A stretch of DNA of 60,377 nucleotides, filler included, from Sluysia triapertura (lineage: Eukaryota), in the NCBI GenBank assembly GCA_046118255.1. It is 4 parts of 4 records of this genome, joined end to end, with 100 filler letters (N's around TTAATTAATTAA, not from the genome) between each part and the next. Parts side by side here need not be neighbours in the genome. Positions count along the whole stretch, not along the records: positions 1 to 22,212 come from JBJNIA010234007.1; positions 22,313 to 33,913 come from JBJNIA010182958.1; 2 more parts are not named here. One strand, given 5' to 3'. How positions within the stretch are numbered: position 1 is the first letter of the stretch; every line of letters starts with the position of its first letter. Shown in pieces: positions 13,092-26,487 of the stretch. The translations under genes and the position numbers were made by a program. A model generated the notes under the pieces. It saw only the letters and a program-made list of their open reading frames with translations, searched no databases and had not been told where the DNA came from.

Positions 13092-14483
13092 TAATTAATT
13101 ATTATTAATATCACCTTAATAAAACTAAGTAAACAATTCATGGATTTGAGGAAATGGACCATATAAAAGGAATTCCAATCAAAAATTGTTAAACAATAAG
13201 TTTATCTGCTATTCCATGCAGAATTTATTAATGATGGAACTAAAATCGTCGGCCGAATGATGTGGCGTCTTGCTTTTACAAACACAAAATGGTGCTGTGT
13301 CAAAATTTAAAATTTGAAACAAAATGGCGAATTATAATTATTCTTGCTACCTGATTCAACATTGTCATTTAAGCCAAACCAGTCTTACTTAAGTTTTGTT
13401 ACTTAACTTACGTGCATAATAATTAATCAATGGGTCCGCTTCTAGAACTTATGAGAAAGAAATTGACGTACATATAGGAAAGAGAAAACTCACACCTTAT
13501 GGATTTTTCTAACGAAATTAAATTGAAAAATAAAGAACAGTAATATTTATTTTATACAAAACTAATATCACTAATTTGCTTGTTTCTACAATAAAATAGA
13601 AGGATTATGAATAAATAGTTTAAAGCTAAGATTAACTTAGCTTTATTTTAGGAATTAAAAAGATGAAGAAAGGTGAATAGAAAGAATGGTTACTTAATTC
13701 AAAATCGATATTAATATATTAAGTTTTCATCTGATACAAACGGTTTTTAATAAGTTTAATGCTAGCCTTAATCTAGCAGAAAAATTTATAATAATTTAAG
13801 TGGATTTTAATCTTTCCTTTCAAGAAGGATTAAAAAACTTAAACTAACTTGCTACTTATCACTGAAATTGAGAAAGAAAAGTCATGAGATATTCTTTAGG
13901 TGTTTGTCTCTGTTGCGACTTTAATATTACTAATAAGTCAGTAACAGGTCAATTTACATAATAGAATCTCCGTAAATTCAATAATCACAAAATTAAATAT
14001 AAATTATGTATTAATATGTATTAAAACCAAAATGTTGCGTTTTGCAATTTAAATTAATAACAATAACTGAATAATTTAATAATTGCAAAATCAAATATAA
14101 ATTGTTACCATCAGTTTTTACTTTGACAATAATACAAATTAATTAAATGAAAATGACTAAATCTCGAAATTAACAATAATATATCCAAAGAACCAGAGGT
14201 GAGACAATTAACAAAATCAAATTATTCTTAACACTTCCAAAAAACATTCTTTAATAAAATAACAAATTTCAATAATCTAGTTAGTCTTCAATCTCAATAT
14301 ATCTTCTAATATAATAGAAAACAAAAATTTCAATTCACTAATTAAGTTATTAACTACTAATCGACTTTTCTCATTGATTAGTCAAAGAACAATATGTAAA
14401 TAATTGAAGAGAAGCCTCCCCAAAAAACTAATTTACTTAAAATCAAAATAATGAATAAAAAATAGAATAAATTCACTATTTTA

Positions 14484-14556
14484 CCCGGTACATGAATCTT
14501 CACATCAGCAACATTAGAGTCTCGGTACTTGATGTATTTTAATTTTTCAAATATTC
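14484..14556 (-). CDS. Possible upstream exon of the Ig-domain gene
   Basis: IFEKLKYIKYRDSNVADVKIHVP+G|GTAAAA. The phase-1 donor would join the exon starting at 12199 to give ...VKIHVP-V-EPEQP, like an Ig G-strand and linker. The acceptor is uncertain. Confidence 0.3.
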
Positions 14557-14610
14557 TATTTTATTGTCAAGACATACACAATTTAGTTCTGGTTCTAATA
14601 AAAATTCGGA

Positions 14611-14671
14611 TAATAAATAATAATAATAATAATAATAGTAATAGTAATAATAATAATAGTAATAATTATAA
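14611..14671. repeat. (AAT/AGT)n microsatellite
   Basis: Seen directly; explains the spurious poly-Tyr ORF. Confidence 0.9.
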
Positions 14672-15220
14672 TCAGAATAGTAATGCTGAATTTTTTTAAT
14701 TAAAGAGCTTAACTCACATGTAAAGGTATACATAATTTTATATTTTACATTTTATATTTTTATGATTTTTTAAATTACAAAATATTATAAATAATTTTTA
14801 AAATTTATATTATTAAAGTAATTATAACAAAATTAAAATTATTATTACAATTTAAAAAATTCATAAAAAGAAACTTCTAGAAAGAAGTTTATTTAACTAA
14901 AATAAAAACTTTAAAATGTCTTTATGAATATATAAAGACAAACAAAGAAAACAAAGTCACAATTGCAATTTCAAATCGTCATAATTAAAAAACAAGAAAG
15001 TCATCAGACAATATTCCGCCATCTTATTCAATCGGAAATCAATAATCCAACATCTTGGTATCAAATCATTCGTTTCGAGGAGTGCAACAAATCTTCAAAT
15101 TCAATCAAATTATTTATATCGTGTCCCTCGTCTACGATTAGGGGGAACGATTTTTCACTGTCCGTAGCACAATCCATTTGAAAGAAGGACAAAACCATTC
15201 ACGTTTTTCATTGATTAATC

Positions 15221-16723
15221 GTAAGTTTGATTTACATAAGTTGTTAACTTCAAGTAGAGTTATAAAATATACGTAAAATACCATTTTTCACGATTGGTCA
15301 TTAAGGCCAATAATAAAATCACACTAAAATATAAAATCTTAGACCTTTAGTTGGCCCTTAAGGTCAATTATAAAATAGTTATTGCAGGCTAGACTCTTAT
15401 TATATTTCAATTATCATCAGTTTTAGTATTTTTCTATTATTGATATTCATTCTTAGTATATTTTTGTAAATTTATATTAATTTTATTTTCGTTACATTTT
15501 TGGTTTAATAAAAATATTAGAAAGTTTTTAAACTTTGTTTTCTTTTTACTATAATTGTGTTAATAATAACTTTAAGACTTAAATTTGAATATATTTTTCA
15601 TCCTAAGGACGTAAAACCAATATCGTTTATAAAATAAAGAGAAATTAAAAAGGTTCTGACAGTATTTAAAAAAATATAAAAGATACGTTTCTATACCATT
15701 ATTATCTACCTGATTTTATACTAATTAGAATATCTATTAAGCTAGCGTTGGTCTTAATTAGTTTTTAAGTTATTTGTTGTAATTGATATAAATAACGATT
15801 TTGCCCATTATTGTTAAGTTAAGGCAAAGAATACTTTTTTGAACGAATTAATTTTGATAATTGCTTTCACGTAATTTTACAGGTACACCATTGGTAAGTC
15901 GTATACTGCAAAGGGACTCATAATAATTAATTATTTTGTTGTAAGTTAGGCTTTTAGATTAAGAAAAACACCCAGCACACAGAAAAATAAATTATTATTA
16001 TTCAGAGTCCGTTTACAGTATACGACTTACTAATAGCGTACGTGTAAAAATTAGGAGAAAGCAATTCTAAAAAATTAACTGTATAAAAATACTCTTTGTC
16101 TTAACTTAAACAATAATGGACAAAAGCATCTGATACTAAATGACTTAAAAAATAATCACGACTAATGTACAATATTTAAGATAATGTAAGATTAAGGTCG
16201 ACAATATTTATATAAAAACATATTAATCTTTTATTTCTTAAACTTAACTTCAATTATAACGTTAAAGAGTTTACTCTGTAATTCACTTGCTTCCACTAAT
16301 AAAAACCTATCTAATTTCAAATTTCCTCCAATATAAAAAAATGTAATTTCGACTTATATCACGAATTTAACACAAAATTCTCATAAATATAAAACTTCAA
16401 ATTATCCATTATGCGATTAGTTGAATAAATTTAATAAATTAAAATAATACAATGGTGAATTTATAAAGCTAAAAAGAAAAAGTACTAATAATCAAAAATT
16501 TTTAAAATAATAAAAGTACAATGATAATATAAAATGATTTATAATAAAGGTCTAGCCTTAATTATAAGTATTTTATAATTAACCTTAAGGGCCAACTAAA
16601 AAGCGTTGAATTTAGAGTTTAAAGTGATTTTATGATTGATCTTAATGACCAACCGAAAATTTGATATTTTACGAAAATATTTTAAATCAAATCGAGTGTT
16701 CAAATTATATAAAACAAACTTAC
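15221..16723. mobile_element. ~1.5-kb imperfect palindrome (foldback-type element)
   Basis: Mirror pairs share a centre near 15965: gtaagtttg(15221)/caaacttac(16723); ttggcccttaaggt(15351)/accttaagggccaa(16596); ttttgcccattattgttaagttaaggcaaag(15799)/ctttgtcttaacttaaacaataatggacaaaa(16125); gtaagtcgtatactg/cagtatacgacttac. Confidence 0.8.
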
Positions 16724-18475
16724 AAATTTAATTAACAAAAAATGTTCCTGTAAATATATAATTAATGTATTTTATGTAAGTAATAGTAATTCTATTTTAT
16801 AAATCTAGGATTTCTAACTTTAACTTAATAATTTTTTTATTAAAGAAATATGTTTTAATAAAGATATTCTGCGATTAACGAAAAATAATTATAATTATCT
16901 CTACATGAACAACTAATTAATTCAAAGAATAAAAAATAATTAATCACTTAATCATTTGATTGACATTCGGCAAAATATATATAAACACCAAATAATCTTT
17001 AAAACTCTCACAACATAAATCTTGAAGATAACTCTTGTAATAAAAATCTTTGTAACATAAATTTGTGGAAAATCCATTTGGATAAAAACGATTCTTGGAA
17101 AAAATTTATCAATCCTCTTTGGAATATGAATTTGGCAAGCTGTTCGGAACATACATTCGATTTATTTTCATTAGGAATTATCCATATTAATGTCACAGAA
17201 TAAGTAAGCTTATTTCTGATAAGATCAGCAGTAATAGTTTTGCATTAAAATATAGTCAAAATCATATTAAATTAAAAAATTCGCTTGGATAAAAATCATT
17301 AATAAAATCATCATTTTTATTCGAAGGAGCAATCCTTGATATATTTATATATTATAATCAATGTCAGACTTACTCACTTAAGGGCTAACACGTAAGTGGC
17401 ATATAAAATGTAGTTAATCTTAGAACAATTAGAATCCTCTAAATAAATTTTTTAACTACTTTTCTTATTTCGACAATGTTATAATGTTCAATCCATCAAT
17501 TTGTACTAGTTCTCTCTTCACCTTATATCTCTCTATGTTTCTCCCTCATTTCCTGATACACAATTGGACTCCCAACAAATTAACAAATTCATTTTAATAT
17601 TTTAACAAATAAAAACTTATAAAGATTATTCCTTCACACTTCTCGTTTTTAATCTTAATTCAAGTATCTTCTAAGCTTAAATTATTATTACTATTCATCG
17701 TAATATATTATTTCAATTCTTCAAATAATGTTTATTTTATTCTGTTAGCCTGGGTCTTGACCCGTATATCCCAACAGTAATATATTATATATAGCGAACA
17801 CTTAAAATTATACGCAACTAATGTTTAATTACAAGTTATTATTTATGAAATCTTTCGGTTTATATAATAGCTATTTGTTTTGTATCGATTCAATTTACCG
17901 CAGCTGTATGACTGGAGGTTGCCAACATTTGATAATTTTTTGAGCGAAATTATTATGATTTAAACCACAATGAGCTTGAAAATTATGTGAATTCAAATTG
18001 CATTCAAGTAGTTCAATTAAAATAAAATAGTCTTGATTGAGCTTTGTCGAGCTTTTTTATGATATTTTCATTTGAATACACATGTACTCTTTTATTGGCT
18101 ACTTAATCAAAAATTTTAAAAATTGAGTGCGTTTGTACTATTTTCACTGGCTCATAATTCATTAACTGTGTACTGTCTATTTTTAACTCAGCTGATCGTC
18201 ATCATTGCACACGTACTTTTTATGTCAAGAAAAATGTTTATTACTTAATATAGGCTATGAAGCCTGAGTAAAGTCACTATTATTATATGCTGTTATTTTA
18301 TTATTGTTTTTATTAGATTATTAAAATTAATAATATATTTGCAATTTATTATTATTATTATTATTATTATCATTATTATTATTAAATCATTATTATAATT
18401 TATAATAATTATTTAATCATTATAATATTCATTATTTTAATTATTATTATGTTAATTTTTAGACCTTTATCATAT

Positions 18476-18573
18476 TGTTAGACGTCATAAAATGGACTGA
18501 CCGGTGATCGAACCCGGGACCTCTCACTGCGCAGTTTGATGCGCTACCACTGAGCTATCAGCCCCATCTAACA
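18476..18573 (-). mobile_element. Full-length 98-bp tRNA-containing element with TGTTAGA...TCTAACA termini
   Basis: Reverse complement: TGTTAGAT-GGGGCTGATAGCTCAGTGGTAGCGC...GAGGTCCCGGGTTCGATCACCGGTCAGTCCA-TTTT-ATGAC-GTCTAACA. It has an A box, a B box, a 7-bp acceptor stem GGGCTGA/TCAGTCC and a T4 terminator. Confidence 0.85.
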
Positions 18574-20056
18574 ATTTTTAGATCATTATAGTCCATTATA
18601 CTACATGGCACTTTAAGCCCGTATCCCATCAATGTTATAATAGAAAATTAGTGCCATTATACTATTTAATTTTATTATTATTATTGTTATTTTTTTATTG
18701 TTAAAATAATAGTCATTGTTGTTATTTTAATACTATCATTTCCTGGAAGTTAGTTTAGGATCATTATATTACAAATAAATCACCTGAAACTGAACATGCT
18801 CACATTCATTTAATAAAGCTACATGTAAAATTAATTTTTGAACTGTTACGTTTTCTTTCTGTATAAAAACTAACAATTATGATTTTTGCAAAGAACGGGT
18901 TCGTCTGTAATTTGTGCTTTATATCTGAGCGAAGACGCAATTACAGATGTCAATTAAAATCAGAGAATAGCGAGGGTCAATATCTTAAAAACAAGCAGTT
19001 CCTTTGAGTAATCTTCTATTTCCTTTAAAGAATCTTAAAATTTATCAACGATTTATTGTGATTTTTGTGATTTTAATATTAAACTCTTTGTATATTTACT
19101 TACTTATAAATGAACAAAATTATGAAAAACTCAAGTTTTATTCTATAAAAAACAAAATATTAAAAATGGCATAAGAAAATAATTTAACATCTATACATAA
19201 TACAATCGATGTTTGATGTTTTTATTCATCTGAAACTTTTTATTTCATGGAAATTAAATATATAAGTGATACTAAGTTCACAGTTTTGTTAAGTAATATG
19301 TCACATAATATTTTCAAAGCAATTAATTAAACCAAATACAACTACCGGAGTTATTAGGTACAAAATAACATTTATTTTTATTATTCTCGCTAATTACGCC
19401 CACAAAATCGACATATTCGATTGTATTACGAATGCAAAATGAAAGTGTTAGTTTAACATTTGTTATTTTGCATTTAATGAATTTTTTGTTGTTGATTTAT
19501 TTCTATATTGTTGAATCAATGGATATTTTAAATTTGTACAATTTAGTTTAAAAGCCCTAAGCCGGCTTTTAAATTTAAAACAAAATCTAAAATAAAATTA
19601 GAAAAACCAAAACTGAGATTAAAAATAAATAAGAATGTTTTAGTATGCGAAAATGAATGATAATAAATCAAAATTTATAGGACTAAAGAAAATTCGGAGC
19701 AAACAAGTGAATATATATATAGATAGAAAACTAAAAATAAGATACAGTTTTAGGACAGAAATATTCTTATTTTCTGATATTATCTGTTTTAAAAAAAGCT
19801 AATCTCTGTTTTATAGTAAACGTTACAGTTTCTTATGCTTATTTAATAATCTCGATAAATTTATGTAAGAGTTATTCACAAGGATAAAATTAGATTAGAT
19901 TGTTCTATATTGCAGGATTTAAATTTTAGCATAAGACCCTCCATTATCACGAAATTAAAAGTAATTATTAAAGTAAAATAAATAAAGTTCTGCAAATTAC
20001 ACAAAGAATAACCTCAAATTGAATCGAATTTTTGCAATAAAAACGATTATTTTAGT

Positions 20057-20156
20057 TACAGAAACATCCATGTACGTCATAAGTAGTTGACTATAACCGG
20101 ACCTTGCTCAATTTTATTTTGCGCTAGTTTAATAGTTAAGAAAACCACAGAATTAT
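20057..20156 (+). repeat. TIR-like repeat on the left of the GPCR
   Basis: Member of the 3032/6020/58221 family; inverted relative to 21480-21560. Confidence 0.55.
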
Positions 20157-20281
20157 AATATCAAAACAATTTAAATTTTTTGTACATTATTTTACGATTA
20201 ATTATTGTAATTACATACAAGAATGAAATATTTATGGTTCTACATAAATAACAAAATTAATTACTTTTATTAAAAATCAAA

Positions 20282-21247
20282 CTATATGCATATATTGCAT
20301 AAACATTGTCGATATTTTCTAAACAAAATCAAATAAACAATTGGATTAACAACAGATAATGATCCAAACATGTAGGCTTTAAAGTATAACTTCGATACAT
20401 AATTAGTTTTGAAATAACCCAGTAATTCATAAATATATGCCGCGTATAGCAATAGAGTTATCAAAGTATATAAAACAATAGAAATTAAACTAGCTAAAGT
20501 AAAACGTATAATTATTTTTTTTCTGTTCATCATTTCCAAATTTCGTAATACGTTTTTCTTAATGCTTTGTTTCAAGGTAACTAAGGTTACTGTAAAACAT
20601 ATAATCATAATGATTACTGGCAGTAATGTTAATATTATATTGTAAATATAAATAAATATAACATTACCTTCATAAACACAAACGCCATGTTTTAATTTCA
20701 CTAGATAGTATTCCACAAAAAATATTGTACCCGAAATGAAACATCCAATTAATATAGACGAAATATAATAACGTAATGTCAATCGTTTGTACAATAAACA
20801 AAATTTAATACAAATTAATCGATCAATACTTAATAATACCATCATGTAGAGACTTGTATTAGATATAAGCCAAAATAAATTTTCAAATAATAAGCAAATT
20901 AATCTTGCCAGTGGTTCAGATAAATCAACTATTGAACTTGCTTTTTCAAAATTAAACATTATTAAACTGAAATGTGATAATACATCTAAAATAGTTTGAA
21001 CTTTCATTAATAATAATGATTTTTGAGGCGCTAACTTTGTTCGATGTATGAAAATAAAAAACGTAATATTAAATACAACAAAAATTAAAAAGAAAGTGAT
21101 TTTTATGATAAAAGTTGTTAGGGTTTCATGATATTCTGTAATAAAATGGAATTTCATGCCGTATAAAATTAATATCGTTATTTGAGAAATATTTGAATAT
21201 ATAAATGGATAAATAAAATCGCAAATAATCCATAGGAAATGTTTCAT
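20282..21247 (-). CDS. Intronless rhodopsin-family (class A) 7TM GPCR, orphan/chemoreceptor-like, 321 aa
   Basis: About seven hydrophobic segments; TM3 Cys and LSIDRLICI (DRY-like); ECL2 Cys; TM5 LLPVII; TM7 NPIVY followed by helix-8 FRKYRQCL. Confidence 0.9.
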   Translation of the reverse strand: MKHFLWIICDFIYPFIYSNISQITILILYGMKFHFITEYHETLTTFIIKITFFLIFVVFNITFFIFIHRTKLAPQKSLLLMKVQTILDVLSHFSLIMFNFEKASSIVDLSEPLARLICLLFENLFWLISNTSLYMMVLLSIDRLICIKFCLLYKRLTLRYYISSILIGCFISGTIFFVEYYLVKLKHGVCVYEGNVIFIYIYNIILTLLPVIIMIICFTVTLVTLKQSIKKNVLRNLEMMNRKKIIIRFTLASLISIVLYTLITLLLYAAYIYELLGYFKTNYVSKLYFKAYMFGSLSVVNPIVYLILFRKYRQCLCNICI

Positions 21248-21479
21248 ATTACTAATTGTATGTATAATATGAAAATAATTACTGTGTGTAAGTAAAGTTT
21301 TAAATGAGATTATATAGCAAAAAATGAAATAAAATAAATATTAAAAATATTCATCTTATCTATTTTTAATTTCTATGTGAAAGAATAAATCAAATTTTAC
21401 AAAATATTATCGTTAATATTTTTGTACCTATTCATATTCGGAAGTTCATATAGGTTTTCAGGTAGTCTTGAATTCGCGC

Positions 21480-21560
21480 ATAGTGCGGTGGTTTTTTAAC
21501 TCTTAACGTATGGCAAAAATAAATTTTATTAGGGTCTGGTCACAATGTACCACTTGTGAC
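21480..21560 (-). repeat. TIR-like repeat on the right of the GPCR
   Basis: Reverse complement gtcacaagtggtacattgtgaccagaccct...tttttgccatacgttaagagttaaaaaaccaccgcacta aligns with 20076-20156 and 6040-6100. Confidence 0.55.
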
Positions 21561-21999
21561 AATATTAGATACAAAAACTTCTCTTAATTTGTTAAGCTTC
21601 TATAGCTTTTTTCAACACTAAATTATTATGAACGTCTAATATTAATCTTCAACAATTAATCAAAATCAAACAATTATTATAAAAAGGTATTAAGAAAAAT
21701 CAATATCGTTACATAGGTGAGACTTATTAGATAATTACAAAAGAAATAAAAATTTTGCAAAATTAAAAATAAATTTAGAAAGCCCTCATTAAATGGGACA
21801 TTAAAGGAATCACTAAAGATGAATTTAAATGTATTTTAAAGATTTTACTCTCAGGAGTAAAATCGTATTAGTATTAAATCAAACTTACTAATTTGTATGA
21901 ACAAAAAATCTATAATTATCCGAATTGATACAACCAATTTGATATAACCAAAATCCTTAGCTGAAAATATATTTTTGCTTTGTGTTATTGTACTGAGAA

Positions 22000-22172
22000 A
22001 ATATACCAGTCGGTAGCCAATCAGAATCGATGAAAATTCTCAAACATTCCAGAGTATTCTAGAATATTCGAAAAATGTAATTTTCTTTTTTCGAAAACTT
22101 ACTTTCTTTTTTGGAAAATTAATTCTATTTTTGTGTTCACTAAAATTTTAAAAGGTTGTAATGGCAACATCA
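22000..22172 (-). mobile_element. Diverged fragment of the LTR-like repeat family
   Basis: Reverse complement begins gtgatgttgccattacaacc (cf. tgttaggttgccaacacaacc) and includes ttccaaaaaagaaag and catcgatt blocks. Confidence 0.4.
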
Positions 22173-22212
22173 CTTCCCTATTAAAAAATTTAAAGAGAAA
22201 ATAGAATATTAG

Positions 22213-22312
22213 NNNNNNNNNNNNNNNNNNNNNNNNNNNNNNNNNNNNNNNNNNNNTTAATTAATTAANNNNNNNNNNNNNNNNNNNNNNNNNNNNNNNN
22301 NNNNNNNNNNNN
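22213..22312. other. Assembly gap with six-frame stop linker
   Basis: N44-TTAATTAATTAA-N44, the same 100-bp structure at three sites. Confidence 0.98.
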
Positions 22313-22337
22313 AATAATAATAATAATAATAATAATA

Positions 22338-22386
<49 letters not shown>
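22313..22386. repeat. (AAT)n microsatellite at gap edge
   Basis: Seen directly. Confidence 0.95.
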
Positions 22387-22388
<2 letters not shown>

Positions 22389-22707
22389 TTTTAATGTTTC
22401 ATAAATTAATTAGTAAAAAATGTAATAATTAATAGTCATATTGCTATTACACAGTACATTACACAATACCAAATTAAAAATATTATCATTTTTAATAATA
22501 AAAATATTATTATTATTTTATTATTATTTTATTAGTAAAATAAAAATGGATGCCAAGAAATCATAGACAGACAACTAAAAAGTAAATTAAAAATTGGTAC
22601 AAAAAATTAAAAAGGAAATTTAATAAAAACTGTAAACTTGGAACACTTTAAATGTAAAAAATACGAAATGACTATGATAAATTCGTTACAAAATTTGGAG
22701 TTCGCTC

Positions 22708-23192
22708 TTACTGTAAATGATGAGCTTTTTCGTTACCATATTGAAACGATGGATTGAAAATGTTCATTATTTCAATTATATTCGACATAATTCTGGGGCA
22801 ATTTTGAAAATGGCTGTTCATTCTAGAAATGATCAATTTCCCGAAGTTTATGTGACAACTGTACTTGAGAATTACGTGAAGATATTGAATTATAAAACAG
22901 GTAAATTCAACACTTTTGGAGACAGCTGATCGATCAAGACCCTTAATTGTATCTAGATGTAATTCTAATGTGTTAACCCATTGGTAGTAGTCCATGTGAA
23001 GCATTTTTGTCCAAACAGGTTTATAATTCTTGTTAAAAATAAAATGGACGAGCAGAGAGGAAAAAGCAAGGTCAAATTTACTCAAGATTTAGTAGAAACA
23101 GATGATGCCAAATTGGTTGCTAAAAAATGAAGACATGGAATAATTTCGATATTTATAGTGATGGCTACATTGAAGATAATGATTCGGATGAC
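22708..23192 (-). pseudogene. Unidentified coding-like terminal exon with an apparent frameshift
   Basis: 125-codon open frame with protein-like composition. The upstream tattAG acceptor near 23193 only links through a frame change near 23090. No family recognised. Confidence 0.3.
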
Positions 23193-26100
23193 CTAATACA
23201 CGAAAGTAAAATTTGTATATGTTTAAATTTTTATGGTTAAATGTGTTAACCATTTATTTATTTATTTTAACCAATATCACGTTAGAATAAAGATTAAAGT
23301 CATGCGACACAGAAATGAAATTAAAAAAGTTAACAACTAATTAACCGGCATTCAAGTTGAAACAAACCTGAGCCGAAACTTAGTATTAAATATTGCTTCA
23401 AATAAAATTATAGTTAGAAAGTCAAAAGGTTGGATGGAAAAGGATATTAATATCTTAGTGAAATATTTAATAGGAAACTTAATAAAATATAATTAAATAC
23501 ATTCCAAAGCAAGACAATCTTAATAAGGTCTACGTTTAAACTACGGTTAAACTCACTAACTTTAGTAATATAATTAATCTAGAACAAAACCATCCTAATT
23601 CTAAGATACTTTCACAATTACTCGTGACATACTAGATTCTAGCTCAATATATAAGATACCTATAGCACGCACTCACATAAATTCAATAATTAGCACTCGG
23701 CTAAAGGATGTTTTATTAATGAAAAATAAGATAAATATAAAAATAATATTCTTATTATTGGATCATAATAAGAATAATTTTTCATGTTTAATTTAAAAAC
23801 TTCATGGTTTTAATCTTATTTGGAAATTAAAAAATTGTATAAGTTTCGTTGAAAATGAAAATTGCCAAAATGCAAGCAATTACAAATTAATAAAAAATTT
23901 ACTTAAATAGTTAAGGTTTCCATAACTTGACAGTGTAAAATTTACTTATAATACTTATAAAGAATATTAAAACAGAAATAATTTAAAAGTAAAATTGAAA
24001 TGTAGATAAAAAGAGGAAAAAAGGAACAGAATTAATTCTGATAAGTTGAAATACATACATAAATCATTGTAGTGTTTATATTCCAAAATAATAATGCAAT
24101 AAAATTAACTTAATTATTAATAACTTTAATTTAAATACTATGACTCTTCGAACTACATTTTAATGTATGAATGTATTGGATTACACAAGTTATTTATTTT
24201 CGATTATTATAAAATTATAACTTTATGAAGGTTGTAATATTTTGTCTTTGTAATATTTTGTAATATTATTTGAGTTGTAATGACCTTTAATGATGGTATC
24301 TCTTACAAGTTTGCAGAACTCCTTTTTTTCTATGGCAATGTCATCACAACCATCAGACAGCATAAATTAATACGACTACCACTCATTCTAGTTGGTATCT
24401 ACATAACAGCATATATCCGTCACAACTCACCATAAACATCAAGATGTTTTGTTCTTGTTCTTAAGACGCTGTAATCATTTTGTCAGGTTTTCTTTGTTGA
24501 TGTGCAAGTATTGTTGTCGAGACCGCTCTCATCGTACGTCGAAACATCTTTATGTAAGTTTAAATACAAATCTGCGCAATACAAAAAGTGCTGTCAAGGG
24601 TTTATCTTGCCGTGCAAAATGTACATAATCTTTATCATTACTTAATAAATTATGTCAAAATTGCACTAACATCTCTAAAATGTGAATGTTAGTTCTAACT
24701 TGTTTTTGATGGAAGTGCTAGTTATAATAGTTGAAATAAGTTAAATATTTAAGTATTTAACTCACTAAAATACATTTAATAAAATGACTAAATATAAATG
24801 TAGACAATGTAACCAAAAGTTACCACAAGTTATTATAATTTTATTTCACTGTTTTATTAATTTAGTTATAGTACTTATTTTAAAAATCTATTTAAATAAT
24901 GTAAGTATTATCTGATCAAAATTATACAATATAAATTCAATTTTATAATTATTATTGTAATTATTCAAACTAAATAGTTTCGTTTTATCTTTTTATCCTT
25001 GTCATGTATGGTAAGAAACACTTATATACTGATATTGTACTATGGTTAATAAATTTTTCAATTCCACTTTATAATACTTTCTCACTTTATAAATTCTAAT
25101 TAGTTTTCTCTATAATATTGATTTAGCCATATTAAAATTCATTAATACAATTTTATAAATTTACTTTTTAGTTATGCATTTATTTGTATTAGTTTTTCTT
25201 GTTAGTTTCTTTCATTTACATTTTAACAAAATCATGGTTTTTCGTTCATCCGGTATTACTGACTGAATAGTAACCTCGGCGAACAAATTAAATGCTTCTT
25301 GAATTCCATTTTTATTTTCTTCCGTTTAATCTTTTGAATACAAGATATTTCAATTTCATAACTTTAAAAGAAACATTTCAAAATTCTTTTCATTCGTAAA
25401 GTATTCCACCATACTTAATTAACAAGTACAGAAAATTATGGATCAGATAGTAAAACATAATCTTATTAAAATAGAAACGAAAAACTAAGACTAACAAATA
25501 CAAACTAATGTAAACCAACATATAACTACTAAATGGTTGCAAATTAATGTACATATAATTTGTGCTGTGGCAATATTTTCAGGATAAGCATATGTTAACA
25601 TCATTTATATGATTTTGTCATACAATAAAATGTAAGAGAGGAACAAAGTATAACAAATTATTATAGATTGGAATTGACGAATTTATTGACCATAGAATAA
25701 TCTTAAAGAAAGTTAATATATAAAGTGAAGTTTCCTACATACATTTTCATAATTTTGGGAATAATATAGAGAATTTTGAATTGGCATTACTATTATCGAA
25801 ACATTGAATTAATGAATAATATTTTAGTAAGAAAGATAGCTAAACTAAATTTAATTCAATTAAATTGAAATATTTAAATCTTGAAATAAAATTCTAGCAA
25901 TATCATGAGATCCATTTGTTTATATTATATTTGTATCAAAATTTATTTTCATTTTATCAAATAAACCTTGCGTGTGTTAACATAGTTTTGATTATAGAAA
26001 TTTAAATATTTTGATTTAAAATAAACATTAAAATTTAGCACTTGGATCACTACCATAAACGACAAATTCAGAATTTACTTCTACCATATAATGACTAATT

Positions 26101-26486
26101 ATAAAGCGATTTTATTGACTTAATTTAAACAAAGTAAAAGTTACATAGCACAGAGGTCGAATCCAGGTAGCGCGGGGCCCGATAAATACCTGCACATATA
26201 AAAAAAGACAACACTTTTGCATTTCTTATATTTACTATAAAATTTGAATTCAAAACAATATTAACATAGCTAATATAACACAGCTCCAATCCGACCCTAA
26301 TAAAATATTCCAAAGTAAACGAATTAAGATAATTTATCAAGATAAACGTAAACTATACTCCGAATAATTTTAATATATAAAGTAATTAATGCGAATAATT
26401 AAATTTATTTCATTTTTTAAAAGTATTAAGACAATTTTTTATATTTTATAATCTAAATCTCGCAGTAAAAATAAGAATAAGAATAA

Positions 26487-26487
<1 letters not shown>

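Noticed and set aside
14539-14733. Poly-Tyr ORF
   Set aside because: Microsatellite translation.
14963-15226. Plus-strand exon ending at GTAAGT (15221)
   Set aside because: The apparent donor is the end of the foldback arm, no long frame runs to it, and no family was recognised.
16952-17196. Two overlapping short minus-strand ORFs
   Set aside because: No recognisable motif; probably decayed repeat sequence.
22257-22268. TTAATTAATTAA motif in the middle of N-runs (also in the gaps at 33914 and 46242)
   Set aside because: Artificial scaffold linker giving stops in all six frames; not biological.
25210-25420. Ras/Rab-like C-terminal fragment (EISC...GIQEAF) on the minus strand
   Set aside because: Multiple stops and frameshifts and no G1-G4 motifs found; too weak to call.
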